Positions 1 to 10,523 are shown, counted from the stretch's first letter. The stretch is 64,000 nucleotides of DNA from Blastocatellia bacterium (GCA_963765495.1 CAVXWP010000007.1:256001-320000), one strand, 5' to 3'. The notes: a model not told the origin generated them from the letters alone. A program made the numbers and translations.

Positions 1-2922
1 TCTATCTTCGGTCGTAAGATTGATATGAATTTCACGCAGGCGGAGCGGTTCGCGAGTTTTTTTGACAGACTCGAAGAGCTTATCGGCCTCCCCCTCAGGG
101 GCTATAAAAGCCGTTTCATGCCACAGGCGGCCTGTGATCCGGTCGCGTTCCAAACCGCAGGCGCGCTCGATTATTTCCAGATAGCGGGGGCTTGCCTGAA
201 GCAATTCCTTTGTCTCGGCGTCGTAGATCGCAATGGCTACCTGATGCGCGTTTTCAACCATCAGTTTGAGCTTTTCGCGCCGTTTCAGGGCTTCAGAGGC
301 CATTTGCCGGGTCACGTCTTCGGCATAGATCACAACGCCGTCAACCTTGCCCGTGTTATCGTGGATGGGAACGACCGTGTAATCGAAATAGACTTCCTGC
401 GCTTTTTCCTGTTCGTACAGATGAGTCAATAATCTGGGCGCAGTCATTATTTCGTCCTGACGGTAAGCCTCGCGCGCGAGGTCAGCAAGCCTGATTATAT
501 CCGATCCCTGTGCGGCATCATCGAGCGGGTGGCCCAGCACCTCCTGACCGCCAAGCAGCGATTGAAACAGATGGTTGAAGGCTTCTATCACAAGCGTCGA
601 CCCTCTGAGGATGAGAATATAGAAAGGAGCCAGCTCGATCATCTCGATAAGTCGCACTCGTTCGTCGGCAAGATGGCGGGATGTCTCCTGCAACTCACCC
701 GAGCGGGCGTTCAGCTCTTCATTTGTAGTCTCAAGCTCTTCGTTTGTGGCTTGCAGTTCTTCGTTGCTGGTCTCAAGTTCCTCGTTTGTAGCCTGTAGCT
801 CTTCGTTTGTGGCCTCGAACTCTTCGTTTGTGGCCTGTAACTCTTCCTGGGTCAGCATCAACTCTTCGTTTGCGGCCTGCAATGCCTCGTTTGCGTCCTG
901 AAGCTCTTTGTTCATTTCGTTCAGACGCCTGTTGTTGGCCGTAAGCTCTTCGACCAGTTGATGCTGCTCGGCCTGCATCGCCTCCAATCGCCTGCGAGTC
1001 TGAACCGTTTCAGTAGAGTCAATAGCCGTAACCAGAGCCATGTCGGCCGTCCCTGATTCCATTTGCATTATGGCTATGGAAACAGAGACGTAGCGCCCTT
1101 CGCTGCCGATTTGATCGCGCAACTCGATGTCGGGCAGCAGTATGGTCGTGCGCTCGTGAAAGACCCTGTCTATGGCCGAGCGCAATACGCCGTAGGGCAA
1201 CCCGTGAATCGCGTGGAGGAAATCCTGATCGACTGCCGCTTCGCGGATTCCGAGCAACCGCCGCGCCGTTCCGTTTGCCGTAAGCAGACGATACTCCGCA
1301 TCTATTATGGCCGTGCCTATGGGCAGATAGCGCAGCACAAGCTCATTGAATCGCCGCAGTTGAAGGTATGCGATATCGGAAGAGAGCGAGTCCTGATTCA
1401 ATGCAGGTCTTTCGGCCGTAGGTCTTGATTGACTCGGGTTGCGCCGTTTGCTGGAATTTCCGGGCACAAAAACTTCATTGTCATGATTTATCCTGCCCGG
1501 CAGCGGCCCGTTTGTGCAGCGATAGATTTTCCACTTCTTGTTGACTATTTCATAGTTGGATTTCGACGGGCGAGCGGTTTCGGCCTTGCCCAGAAAGATA
1601 TAACCATTTACCTGATACAGCGAGTAGGCGAATAAATCCATCACGTTTTGTTGAAGTTCGGGTTTGAAATAGATCAGCAGGTTGCGGCATACAACCAGAT
1701 CGATTCGAGGGAAAGGTGTGCCCCGGCTCAAATCCTGCTGGCCGAATATCACTATCTGTCGAATCGCTTTCGAGATGTGAAAGCCGTGATCTGCGGGTGT
1801 GAAGAAACGCGCGCGATAATCATCCGGCAGATTACGCAGAATGTTTTCCGGGTACAACCCCCTGCGGGCAAAGCTAATGGCCTCTTCATCAAGGTCGGTG
1901 GCAAATATCTTTATGCTCCATTCGGGCAACTCGTTGCCGAGCAAATCGGCCAGCAGGAAGGCCAGCGAATAAGGCTCTTCGCCCGTGGCGCATCCGGCCG
2001 ACCACAACCGCAGGACGCGCCCGCGTCTGCGGCCCTCTTCAATCAGAGCGGGCAGCACATCCTTTTTGAGATAGGCGAAGGCTTCCGGGTCGCGGAAAAA
2101 TTCGGTGACTTTAATCAACAACGCCATGACGAGTTCGGCAATCTCTTCCGGGTGAATATTCAGATACTCGGCATACTCTTCCAGAGCGCGACAGTGAATG
2201 ACGGTCATGCGGCGGGATATGCGCCGGTAAATAGTAGAGTGCTTATAAGGGGTGAAGTCAATATGGGTGTGCAGTGAGACGGCCTTAAGTATTTCGCGCA
2301 AGGCGACCTGAGATTCTTCAACCTCTTCCGATAGCTTTACACCCTTCACAAAGTCCTGGAGCAAGCCACCTATCTGTTCAATATCGGCCACCTGATCGAC
2401 GGCCGTGGGAGGCAGGGCCAGCGGCATGGCCGGATAGCGGGCAGTCGCCGGGTTCTGGATAATGACCGTACCGCCCGCGCTTTTTACCTCGACCGCGCCT
2501 GCCGCCCCGTCAGACCCGGTTCCGGTAAGTATCACGGCTATCAATCGTTCGCCGTAAGATTCAGCCGCGCTCGACAGCAGCAAATCCACCGAGGGCCTCG
2601 GGCGGTCGGCGTGATCGCTTTCAAACTTCACGGTGCCGTCGTGTATAGACACGTGCCGGTTTGAGGGCACTACGTAAACCTTGCCCGGCTCAAGCGGGGT
2701 CTCGTCGCTTACGATCACGATGGGAAGCGTCGAGCGCCGTTCGAGGATGGGGCCGAGATTGCTTGGGCGGCTGGGGTCAAGGTGTTGAGCCAGCACGATA
2801 GGCGCGGGAAACTCTTTGGGCAACGTGCTGACCAGGATAGAAAGCGCCTCAATGCCGCCAGCCGACGATCCGACTACTACCAGATTTGATGGATGTTCAT
2901 CAGTCGCTTCCTCTTTGCTCAA
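1..2922 (-). CDS. CheB methylesterase-CheR methyltransferase fusion with coiled coil and PAS domains (3' end outside window)
   Basis: Absent from the ORF track because it runs off the edge. Hand translation from TTG at 2922: MSKEEATDEHPSNLVVVGSSAGG...AQHLDP...ILTGTGSDGA (CheB Ser/His/Asp motifs), EELQATNEELETTNEEL heptads at ~700-900, then PAS-like sequence; 720 down to 1 checked open in this frame. Confidence 0.88.
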   Translation of the reverse strand, partial: MSKEEATDEHPSNLVVVGSSAGGIEALSILVSTLPKEFPAPIVLAQHLDPSRPSNLGPILERRSTLPIVIVSDETPLEPGKVYVVPSNRHVSIHDGTVKFESDHADRPRPSVDLLLSSAAESYGERLIAVILTGTGSDGAAGAVEVKSAGGTVIIQNPATARYPAMPLALPPTAVDQVADIEQIGGLLQDFVKGVKLSEEVEESQVALREILKAVSLHTHIDFTPYKHSTIYRRISRRMTVIHCRALEEYAEYLNIHPEEIAELVMALLIKVTEFFRDPEAFAYLKKDVLPALIEEGRRRGRVLRLWSAGCATGEEPYSLAFLLADLLGNELPEWSIKIFATDLDEEAISFARRGLYPENILRNLPDDYRARFFTPADHGFHISKAIRQIVIFGQQDLSRGTPFPRIDLVVCRNLLIYFKPELQQNVMDLFAYSLYQVNGYIFLGKAETARPSKSNYEIVNKKWKIYRCTNGPLPGRINHDNEVFVPGNSSKRRNPSQSRPTAERPALNQDSLSSDIAYLQLRRFNELVLRYLPIGTAIIDAEYRLLTANGTARRLLGIREAAVDQDFLHAIHGLPYGVLRSAIDRVFHERTTILLPDIELRDQIGSEGRYVSVSIAIMQMESGTADMALVTAIDSTETVQTRRRLEAMQAEQHQLVEELTANNRRLNEMNKELQDANEALQAANEELMLTQEELQATNEEFEATNEELQATNEELETSNEELQATNEELETTNEELNARSGELQETSRHLADERVRLIEMIELAPFYILILRGSTLVIEAFNHLFQSLLGGQEVLGHPLDDAAQGSDIIRLADLAREAYRQDEIMTAPRLLTHLYEQEKAQEVYFDYTVVPIHDNTGKVDGVVIYAEDVTRQMASEALKRREKLKLMVENAHQVAIAIYDAETKELLQASPRYLEIIERACGLERDRITGRLWHETAFIAPEGEADKLFESVKKTREPLRLREIHINLTTEDR

Positions 2923-3374
2923 TTGGTACCCTTTCCCAGACTTATTATGTCCACATAAAAGACGGACGTTAGAATCCTGATAGATGGTTGAAAAGAACTG
3001 TTTGATTAATGCGTCTACAAGTTTCCAAACTATAATTCAATTAGCTCAGGAAAAACAACTGGCCGCAGCATGTTCGATTTGCGGGGGGAGGGCACAAAAA
3101 CAATCCGCTATGTATAGCTCGACACGCCTGGATTTCGAAACAAGTTATGCCGAGCGATTCCCGACAGGTTTCGGGCTCCCGGTCAGGAGCTTTTATACAT
3201 CACGCCGAAACTTCAATATAAACATGTCGCGGTTAGCCTCCGAAGTTTTCTCATAATTCAGAGGTAAAACTCGGACACTCAGCGTCACTTTAAGAGTGCC
3301 TTAAGTGTATCGTCTGACGGTGGGAATGTCTAGGACGTTCAATTTCTAGGAGCACTACCTGTCATATCCATTCT

Positions 3375-3469
3375 GATGCGCTCAATGATGCGTGATTTGG
3401 CAGACTTGCAAAGTTGTTTTAACACGCGCCCTGCCTGATAGTCACGCATCACGCATCATTGAGCGCATC
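3375..3469. repeat. Inverted 7-mer (GATGCGT) element
   Basis: Perfect 22-bp IR gatgcgctcaatgatgcgtgat (3375-3396) / atcacgcatcattgagcgcatc (3448-3469). Confidence 0.9.
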
Positions 3470-3883
3470 GCCTTTATATCGGCTCAAAAGCTCTTTCTTG
3501 AATTTGTATTGCTGTCTTAATTCCTTTAGCTTTGCCATCTCTTCTTGAAAGACCAGCGAGTCCTTTTTCCAGGCTTCAAATTCTCTCCGATAGTTGGCAA
3601 CCTCCTGCCGACAGGTTTCCACAAATCTGTTCAAAGAATCGGCCGTCTTACAGGCATCCAATTCCTTTCGATATGTGTCGGCCATGCGGTTGAGGGATTC
3701 CACCTGCATTTGCAGGATGGCATATAGAGCCTCTGTTTGCTCAACCTGAGCCTCTATGAGTGTCTCTAATTCAGCCAGGTTTTTCCCCCGACTGCTCCCG
3801 CTCGGGGCTGAGGGATTTTCATTGTCTAAAACTCTCTCATTCTGCCCGTTTGCCATAACCCATACCCCCTTGTTTGCAGACAC
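3449..3883 (-). CDS. Hypothetical coiled-coil protein
   Basis: 144-aa ORF with heptad-like E/L/Q/K pattern; stop codon lies within the repeat element. Confidence 0.55.
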   Translation of the reverse strand: MSANKGVWVMANGQNERVLDNENPSAPSGSSRGKNLAELETLIEAQVEQTEALYAILQMQVESLNRMADTYRKELDACKTADSLNRFVETCRQEVANYRREFEAWKKDSLVFQEEMAKLKELRQQYKFKKELLSRYKGDALNDA

Positions 3884-4029
3884 TTATGGTCACGTTCTGC
3901 TTGAAATGGATTCACTGTACTAAAAGCAATCTGAAGTGATTTCGGCTAAGGAAGCCGATGAGCCTCGCCCAGCCTATCACAAAGGCTATCCAAATGCCAG
4001 AAATATTTTTTGCGTCCAGGTGAGTCTGT

Positions 4030-4458
4030 TCAGGCGAGTTCGCGAATGCTGATTTTTCTTTCAGAATCGGAGAGATATTCTATGTTTACCGAGGCGGCAT
4101 CGGCGGGCGGGGAGGGCAATCTTTCGGCCCACTCGATTAATGTAATGGCGTGCTCGTTTTCAAAAATTTCGTCGAGGCCGAGTTCTCTCGACGCGCCCGA
4201 TTCCAATCTGTAAAGGTCAACGTGATAAAGCGGCAGCCGCGCTTCATAAACATTAACAAGCGTGAACGAAGGGCTTGTTACGTCTGCCGGGTCGAGGCCG
4301 AGACCGGCAGCCACCCCCTTGGCAAACACGGTCTTGCCCGCGCCAAGGTCCCCGCTCAATAAAAAAATCGCCCGCCGGTCGAGTTGCTCTCCAATACGGC
4401 GGCCAAGCTCGAATGTCTCATCAGCCGAGCGCGTGATGAACTCTCCGGTGATCTTCAT
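4030..4458 (-). CDS. tsaE: tRNA threonylcarbamoyladenosine biosynthesis ATPase
   Basis: LSGDLGAGKT, VTSPSFTL, HVDLYRL, IEWAE motifs; adjacent to nnr. Confidence 0.95.
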   Translation of the reverse strand: MKITGEFITRSADETFELGRRIGEQLDRRAIFLLSGDLGAGKTVFAKGVAAGLGLDPADVTSPSFTLVNVYEARLPLYHVDLYRLESGASRELGLDEIFENEHAITLIEWAERLPSPPADAASVNIEYLSDSERKISIRELA

Positions 4459-4461
4459 ATA

Positions 4462-4562
4462 CGCTCAATGATGCGTGATGCGTGATACGTGATTTACTTG
4501 ATCTGCAATATGCCTTTAATCAACAGGCTCCCTTTGAGTCACGCATCGCGCGTCACGCATCA
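4462..4562. repeat. Inverted 7-mer (GATGCGT) element
   Basis: cgctcaatgatgcgtgatgcgtga ... tcacgcatcgcgcgtcacgcatca; left end matches the 3375 element. Confidence 0.85.
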
Positions 4563-4565
4563 CTC

Positions 4566-6170
4566 CTAAAGTCTCTCCTGATCGCCGCCTGTTTCCATAA
4601 ACGCATCCCCGATATGCGCCGATATATCCGAGGCGATCATAGCGCGAATACCTGCGCGCGAGGCCGCAAGGTCGCCTGCAAGCCCGTGCAGATAAACGGC
4701 CGCTATCGTGGCCGCCAGAGGGTCATCTTTCCTCTGCGCCACAAGGCTTGCGATGATGCCTGTCAGCACGTCTCCCGTCCCACCCGTTGCCATGCCGGAA
4801 TTGCCGGTCGGGTTGACAAAGACCTCTCCGTCGGGCGATGCGATGAGCGTGCGACTGCCCTTGAGAACGACTATCACGCTGTGCGCGGTTGCGAAATCGC
4901 GGGCTATCTCAACACGGTCTTTTATGACCTCGGAAATCTCTTTGCCGGTGAGCCGGGCCATCTCTCCCGGATGCGGGGTGAGGATCAAAGGGAGTTCCCG
5001 GCTTCCGCGAAGGTTTTCCGCCCACGGAACGAGCGAGTTCAACCCGTCGGCATCAATGACTGCGGGGCACGTCCTCCGCATCACGAGGGCGTGGACGAAT
5101 GTTCGCGTAGACTCTTCGGATGAGCCGAGACCGGGGCCGAGAGCCAAAACGTCTCGCGTCGAGGCAAGCTCAAGCGCACGGTCAATCGCTTCGCGGGAAA
5201 CAGTGCCGGAATCGGTTTCTGCCAGAGGCTCGGTCATGCACTCGGTCAGAATCCGAGCGGCCACAACTTTCTGAGAACCTTCCGGCGTGGCTACGGTCAC
5301 AAGGCCCGCGCCCGCGCGAAGGGCCGATTCTCCGACTAGGCAGGCGGCTCCGGTCTTGCCCTGCGATCCCGCCACTACAAGCACCTTGCCCGCATCGCCT
5401 TTGTTGGCCTGCGGGCTCCGGCGCGATAGGGCAAGCCATTCTTCAACCATCTCCTGCTCGACAAGTGAAAGGCGCGAGCCCGATGAGTTGATTAAACCAT
5501 CGGGCGAGCCTATGCGTCCGACGATCAACTCTCCGCCGTAGAGGGAGGCGGGAGGGAGAACGCTTGCGATCTTGGGCGCTGTAAAGGTCACGGTCAGGTG
5601 CGCGATGACGGCGGGGCCCGGCAATTCGGCCGAGTCCGAGTCTATCCCCGAAGGAATATCGACCGCGACTATAAAGCCTTGGTCGCTCTGATCGTTCAGG
5701 AAGTTTATAGCCTCTTCATAAAGACCGGCTGCGGGGCGCGAAAGCCCTGTGCCCAGCACCGCGTCAAAGAAAATATCGTATTTCTGTTTTCGGGCTTCCT
5801 CGTGGAACTGCCCGGCGTTTTCGATCTCAATCAGGCGAAACTCGCGATTGGAATCGGAGGCTATGCGGCGGGCAATCTCGAAATTCGTTCGCGCATCGCC
5901 TTTGGCATCGTCTATGCGACCGAGCAAGAGCAGATCAACCGAAGCGCCTCTGATATAAAGCTGACGGGCTATGGCTGCGCCGTCGCCTCCGTTGTTGCCC
6001 CGTCCGCAGACGATCAACGCGCGTTTGCCTGTGACCGAGTCGAGCTTTTCTTCGACCGCCTCAACCGTGCGAGCGGCGGCATTCTCCATAAGCAGTATGC
6101 CCGGCACGTTGTATCGCTCGGTGGTGAGCCGGTCAACCTCTCCCATCTGTGCGGCTGTTAAAATCTTCAT
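4566..6170 (-). CDS. nnr: Bifunctional NAD(P)HX epimerase/dehydratase (YjeF)
   Basis: LMENAA, GRGNNGGDG, DIPSG, LTPHPGEM, GGTGDVL motifs; start taken at MKILTAAQM. Confidence 0.95.
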   Translation of the reverse strand: MKILTAAQMGEVDRLTTERYNVPGILLMENAAARTVEAVEEKLDSVTGKRALIVCGRGNNGGDGAAIARQLYIRGASVDLLLLGRIDDAKGDARTNFEIARRIASDSNREFRLIEIENAGQFHEEARKQKYDIFFDAVLGTGLSRPAAGLYEEAINFLNDQSDQGFIVAVDIPSGIDSDSAELPGPAVIAHLTVTFTAPKIASVLPPASLYGGELIVGRIGSPDGLINSSGSRLSLVEQEMVEEWLALSRRSPQANKGDAGKVLVVAGSQGKTGAACLVGESALRAGAGLVTVATPEGSQKVVAARILTECMTEPLAETDSGTVSREAIDRALELASTRDVLALGPGLGSSEESTRTFVHALVMRRTCPAVIDADGLNSLVPWAENLRGSRELPLILTPHPGEMARLTGKEISEVIKDRVEIARDFATAHSVIVVLKGSRTLIASPDGEVFVNPTGNSGMATGGTGDVLTGIIASLVAQRKDDPLAATIAAVYLHGLAGDLAASRAGIRAMIASDISAHIGDAFMETGGDQERL

Positions 6171-6193
6171 ACACGCGATGATAGGCCAGCCGC

Positions 6194-6228
6194 TCTCAAA
6201 TCTCAAATTTCAAAGCTCAAATCTCAAA
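6194..6228. repeat. Unpaired 7-mer array (TCTCAAA x5, degenerate)
   Basis: tctcaaa tctcaaa tttcaaa gctcaaa tctcaaa. Confidence 0.8.
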
Positions 6229-6235
6229 AGCGCGC

Positions 6236-8425
6236 TCAAGTAATGATCAGGTTCAGGAAGGGGTCCACTTCTACGCTTCGGCCCTTTGGGATGAGAGTTG
6301 TGGAACTGTACTCGGCGATGATTGCCGGGCCTCGGAACCTGTCGCCCGACATAAGATCGTCGCGCAGGTAAACGGGCGTTGGCTGAGCGCGTTCCGTCAG
6401 ATAGACCTTTGCATTGTAGGCCGCCCGTATCTTGCGCGGCTCGGTCGAAGGCGAACGCTTGAATCGCGGCTTATCGGTGAGGCCGGTAGCCCGAACACGC
6501 AAGGATACGATTTCGCCCGGTCGCGTGTGGTCGCTGTAGCCGTATCGCTCGGCGTGAGCCTTGTGAAAGGCAGACTCGAACCTGTGATTCCATGGGACTT
6601 CTATCTCGAAGGATTGACCTACGTATCGCATGGCCGCCAATCGCTGAAGTCTGACCTGATTGCCTTTGAACCCCTCGCGTGCCAGATCGCTTTCGGCCTC
6701 GCGTTCGAGCGCGGCAAATACCCGCTCGATGGCCGGGAAGTTGTGATCCGCGCTATTCATCATGACCGTGCGAGAGTAATCTTTCACGACATCGCCAAGC
6801 AGCACGCCGAGAGCCGAAAGTGTGCCGGGAGAGCGCGGCACAAGCACGCGGGGAATCCTTAGCGCTTCGGCGAGCGCCGAGACATGCAGCCCGCCCGCGC
6901 CGCCAAAACTCACAAGGGTAAATAATCTCGGGTCCTGCCCTCGTTCGACCGATACTACCCTGAGCGCCCGTTCCATGTTTGCGTTCGCAACGCGAATAAC
7001 CCCCAATGCGGCGCGCTCGGGCGTAATCTTCTCGCGGCTGAAGCGAGACATGTCCGCTGCAAGCTCGGACAGAAAATGACGAGCGCGTTCTAAATCGAGC
7101 CGCATCTCACCGCCAAGCAGAGCCGAACCGCCGAAGCGTCCAAGCACGAGATTGGCGTCTGTGACCGTAACCTGTTCCCCACGTCCGTAGCAGGCGGGTC
7201 CGGGTTCTGCGCCCGCCGATTCGGGGCCTACGCGGAGCGCGCCCGCCTCGTCCACGCGGGCGATAGAGCCGCCGCCGGCCCCCACAGTATGAATATCAAT
7301 TATAGGCACTGCCACCGGCAAATCGGCCACCAGAGCCTCATTCGTGGTTCGCGCCTCCCCACGGCAAAGCGCCACATCCGTGGAAGTGCCGCCCATATCG
7401 AAAGTGATGATGTCGCGTATCCCTGCGCCTGTTGAGACGCGCAACGCGCCAACTACGCCGCCTGCCGGACCTGAAAGTATCGCCCGCACGGGCTCGGCGG
7501 CGGCGGTCTCTGCCGACACCGAGCCGCCGTTTGATTGCATCACTCTCAGGGGCCTGGGGCCTGGGGCCTGGCTAGGGGCCGGGGGTCGGGGGCCGGGGGT
7601 CGGGGGGCCGGTCGGAGGCCGGTTACTGCTTTTTGTTTCTTTGGTTTTCTTATGTTTCCTGCTTTCAGTGTTCTTGAAATTGGCTGCGGTTTTCCGGTCG
7701 CTTACCCCTAACCTCTGATCCCCGGCCCCCGGCCCCCGGCCCCCGGCCCCCACTAGAAGCCCTTCGTTGAGCGAGCGCAGATAACGCGACATCAAGGGGA
7801 CCAGATAGGCGTTGATGACTACGGTTGAGGTGCGCTCGTACTCGCGGTATTCGGGCAGTATCTTATGAGACAAAGAGACAGGAAGATCGAGGGAGGCGAG
7901 CGCATCTGCTATCTGCTGTTCGTGCGCGGGGTTGGTGAAGGAAAATAGCAGGCAGACGGCTATGGATTCGACCTTCTGAGTTTTGATTTCGCGGATTATC
8001 TGTTTGAGACTTTTCTTGTCGAGCCTTTTGATGATAGCACCGTCCGGCCCCGTCCGTTCGTTTGCGCCGAATCTCAGCTCTCGCGGGATAAGCGGCGCAG
8101 GTCGCGTAACCATCAGGTTATAGAGTTCGGGCCGCGCCTGACGGCCTATCTCAAGCACGTCTTCGAAGCCTTCGGTGGTGATGAGCGCCGCGCGAGCGCC
8201 CTTGCGTTCAAGCAGCGCGTTTGTGGCTACAGTAGTCCCGTGGACGATTTCAGAAGGCGCAACCCCGTAGTCAGCCAGTATGCGCGCGACGCCCTCAAGT
8301 ATCGAGTCGGCAGGATTGGCGGGAGTCGAAGACAGCTTGAAGGTGGTAAGGCGTGAACCTTGAGAAACGACGAAATCGGTGAATGTTCCTCCGGTATCTA
8401 TTCCGATTCTTATCGGCTGTGACAA
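6236..8425 (-). CDS. Hydantoinase/oxoprolinase family A-type subunit with low-complexity insertion
   Basis: GIDTGGTFTD, HGTTVATNA, SGPAGG, DMGGTSTD, VGAGGGSIA motifs. Confidence 0.92.
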   Translation of the reverse strand: MSQPIRIGIDTGGTFTDFVVSQGSRLTTFKLSSTPANPADSILEGVARILADYGVAPSEIVHGTTVATNALLERKGARAALITTEGFEDVLEIGRQARPELYNLMVTRPAPLIPRELRFGANERTGPDGAIIKRLDKKSLKQIIREIKTQKVESIAVCLLFSFTNPAHEQQIADALASLDLPVSLSHKILPEYREYERTSTVVINAYLVPLMSRYLRSLNEGLLVGAGGRGPGAGDQRLGVSDRKTAANFKNTESRKHKKTKETKSSNRPPTGPPTPGPRPPAPSQAPGPRPLRVMQSNGGSVSAETAAAEPVRAILSGPAGGVVGALRVSTGAGIRDIITFDMGGTSTDVALCRGEARTTNEALVADLPVAVPIIDIHTVGAGGGSIARVDEAGALRVGPESAGAEPGPACYGRGEQVTVTDANLVLGRFGGSALLGGEMRLDLERARHFLSELAADMSRFSREKITPERAALGVIRVANANMERALRVVSVERGQDPRLFTLVSFGGAGGLHVSALAEALRIPRVLVPRSPGTLSALGVLLGDVVKDYSRTVMMNSADHNFPAIERVFAALEREAESDLAREGFKGNQVRLQRLAAMRYVGQSFEIEVPWNHRFESAFHKAHAERYGYSDHTRPGEIVSLRVRATGLTDKPRFKRSPSTEPRKIRAAYNAKVYLTERAQPTPVYLRDDLMSGDRFRGPAIIAEYSSTTLIPKGRSVEVDPFLNLIIT
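7549..7751. repeat. Inverted 7-mer (GGGGCCG/GGGGCCT) element in frame inside the hydantoinase gene
   Basis: ggggcctggggcctgg...ggggccgggggtcggggg ... cccggcccccggcccccggccccc. Confidence 0.85.
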
Positions 8426-8549
8426 TCTGCTCTACTCCTAAGCTCAGGAAGCCCGCGCGGTTCGTTTGCGGATGCGTGAAAAGTCGAAGGGGCAGGGAAG
8501 CCGGTTATCATAAGCTTCAAACCCTGCCCCTCTGATCTTGCGCGAGCGA

Positions 8550-9002
8550 CTAAGAGATTATTAGCGATTTGGTTTCATCGATGCTCACGAGCCGCACCTT
8601 GAAGTGGAGCGTCTCGCCCGCAAGCAAATGGTTTGCGTCGAGCGTGACATCGTCGCCTTCGACATCGATTATCCTGACCGGCATGCTCTGGCCCGACGGC
8701 AGTTCAAGCTCGAAGCCGAGGCCGATGGCCGGCGTCACATCGGGCGGAAAGGCCGCGCGCGGAACCACCTTGACAAGCTCTTCGTGATATTCGCCGTAGG
8801 CTTGATCCGGCACCAGCGTGATGTCGCGGGTTTCATTGACTTCCATACCTCGCACGCCGTCGTCAAATCCGGGTATGACATCGCCTGAACCGACCGTAAA
8901 TTTGAGCGGCTGATTTCCTTCCGAACTGTCAAACATCGTCCCGTCGTCCAGAGTGCCGGTGTAGTGTATTGATATTGTGTCTCCTTCTTGGACTTTTGCC
9001 AT
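8550..9002 (-). CDS. FKBP-type peptidyl-prolyl isomerase (SlyD/FkpB-like, no His tail)
   Basis: HYTGTLDDGTMFDSS, VIPGF, AYG, DANHLLAGETLHF. Confidence 0.92.
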   Translation of the reverse strand: MAKVQEGDTISIHYTGTLDDGTMFDSSEGNQPLKFTVGSGDVIPGFDDGVRGMEVNETRDITLVPDQAYGEYHEELVKVVPRAAFPPDVTPAIGLGFELELPSGQSMPVRIIDVEGDDVTLDANHLLAGETLHFKVRLVSIDETKSLIIS

Positions 9003-9234
9003 TACTTTCTCCTGATACTGAATCTTTACGTTTAGAAAGCCTGTGGGTCGCACGAGCACAAGCCGGTGTGAATTGCCTTGCTAGTCGCTTGCAGGTGAGA
9101 CGCATCTCGCGTGCAGAGAAAAGCTTTAATGAATAAAAAAGATACCATATTCATCGAAAGAGTGTCTAAAAAAAGACGCTGCGATGCGGGGAAAGATGAG
9201 GGCTATTCGCTTCTCAAAGAGGGAGCAGCTTTGT

Positions 9235-9311
9235 GAATCTTTGCGCGCTTTGCGTCTTTGCGAGCGACAGGTTCTGGCCGGGTCGCAAAGACGCAAAGCG
9301 CGCAGAGATTC
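9235..9311. repeat. Inverted repeat built from CTTTGCG-core 8/9-mer units
   Basis: aatctttgcgcgctttgcgtctttgcga / tcgcaaagacgcaaagcgcgcagagatt, one mismatch. Confidence 0.85.
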
Positions 9312-9418
9312 TTCTTGGAATTAAATGATGCTGATCTCTCTTCCGTATCTCTCTCAGGTTGGCAAGCAGGTCATAACCGGGATAGGATTATGTAATAAAG
9401 AAGAATTCGGGAATTAAG

Positions 9419-10522
9419 ATGTGCAAGGTTAAGAACTCGATTTTATCGCTCGCGCTGATCCTGTTTGCGATGGCCGGCGCGGTCTCGGCGCAGGTGCCTC
9501 AATCCGATAATCAGGATGAACCTATACGGCTCAAGGCCGATCTGGTCACGGTCATGGCTGCTGTTGTAGACTCAAAAGGCGGCGCAATCAAATCGCTTAA
9601 AGCCGAAGACTTCGACATCTATGAAAACGGCGTGAAGCAGGAAATATCTCATTTCGCGCCTACCGAAGAGCCTTTCTCGATAATGCTTTTGCTCGATATT
9701 TCAGGCTCTACTTCCGCCGACATCGAATTGATCAAACACGCGGCAAAAAGCTTTCTCGGCCAGTTGCGCAAGGATGATCGCGTTGGCGTGATAGTCTTCA
9801 GCCGCGAGATCGAGATGATCGCCGATTTCACAGACAGCCGTCAGCAGGTAGAGTCGGCCATCGCCCGCATAGGCACGCCCGAGGGGGATGACGATCACAG
9901 GTTTAATGCAAACACAGGCACATCCTTTTATGACGCGATGTATCTGGCCGTAGACGAAAGCCCGCTCAAGCAGACCGAAGGGCGCAAGGCGATAATCTGC
10001 ATGTCGGACGGCGTCGATTCCACGAGCAAGTACAAATACGCGGCGGCGGCGCGGATTGCCGAAGAGTCGGAAGCGTCGGTCTATTTTCTCGAACTCAACA
10101 CGCAGGCGGCCATGCTGGACGGCCTCCTGAAACCTGCCGACGATCCGGGCTACATCAACTTTTCTCAGAGCCAGTTGGATCGTTACTTCGACACTTATGA
10201 CCCCGATTCGATTGAGCGTCACAAACCGCGCAAGATGATCCAGCCGGAATTGCGCCGCGAGATTGCCGCCAAACTCTACGAAATGGCCAAAGACGAAATA
10301 AAAGAGTTGGCCGACCGTACGGGCGGGCGCGTTTATCAGGTCAGCGCGCTCACTGATCTGTCGAGTGTTTATAAACAGGTAGCCGATGACCTGCGCTCGC
10401 AATATTTCATCGGCTACTACCCGACTAACGATAAAGCCGACGGTCGATGGCGCACGCTTCGCGTAGAGGTTCACCGCAAAGACGCAGCCGTTCGCTCGCG
10501 TTCCGGCTACTGGGCGAAGTAG
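9419..10522 (+). CDS. Exported vWA-domain protein (Acidobacterial VWFA-related type)
   Basis: Signal peptide, F-x-IYENG-x-KQEI-x-HF, MIDAS DISGS, SDGVD, LRSQYFIGYYP...RSGY. Confidence 0.88.
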   Translation: MCKVKNSILSLALILFAMAGAVSAQVPQSDNQDEPIRLKADLVTVMAAVVDSKGGAIKSLKAEDFDIYENGVKQEISHFAPTEEPFSIMLLLDISGSTSADIELIKHAAKSFLGQLRKDDRVGVIVFSREIEMIADFTDSRQQVESAIARIGTPEGDDDHRFNANTGTSFYDAMYLAVDESPLKQTEGRKAIICMSDGVDSTSKYKYAAAARIAEESEASVYFLELNTQAAMLDGLLKPADDPGYINFSQSQLDRYFDTYDPDSIERHKPRKMIQPELRREIAAKLYEMAKDEIKELADRTGGRVYQVSALTDLSSVYKQVADDLRSQYFIGYYPTNDKADGRWRTLRVEVHRKDAAVRSRSGYWAK

Positions 10523-10523
10523 G

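Noticed and set aside
700-900. 21-nt tandem repeats (ctcttcgtttgtggc...) as CRISPR or VNTR
   Set aside because: No unique spacers; they encode the standard EELQATNEEL heptads of CheB-CheR fusions
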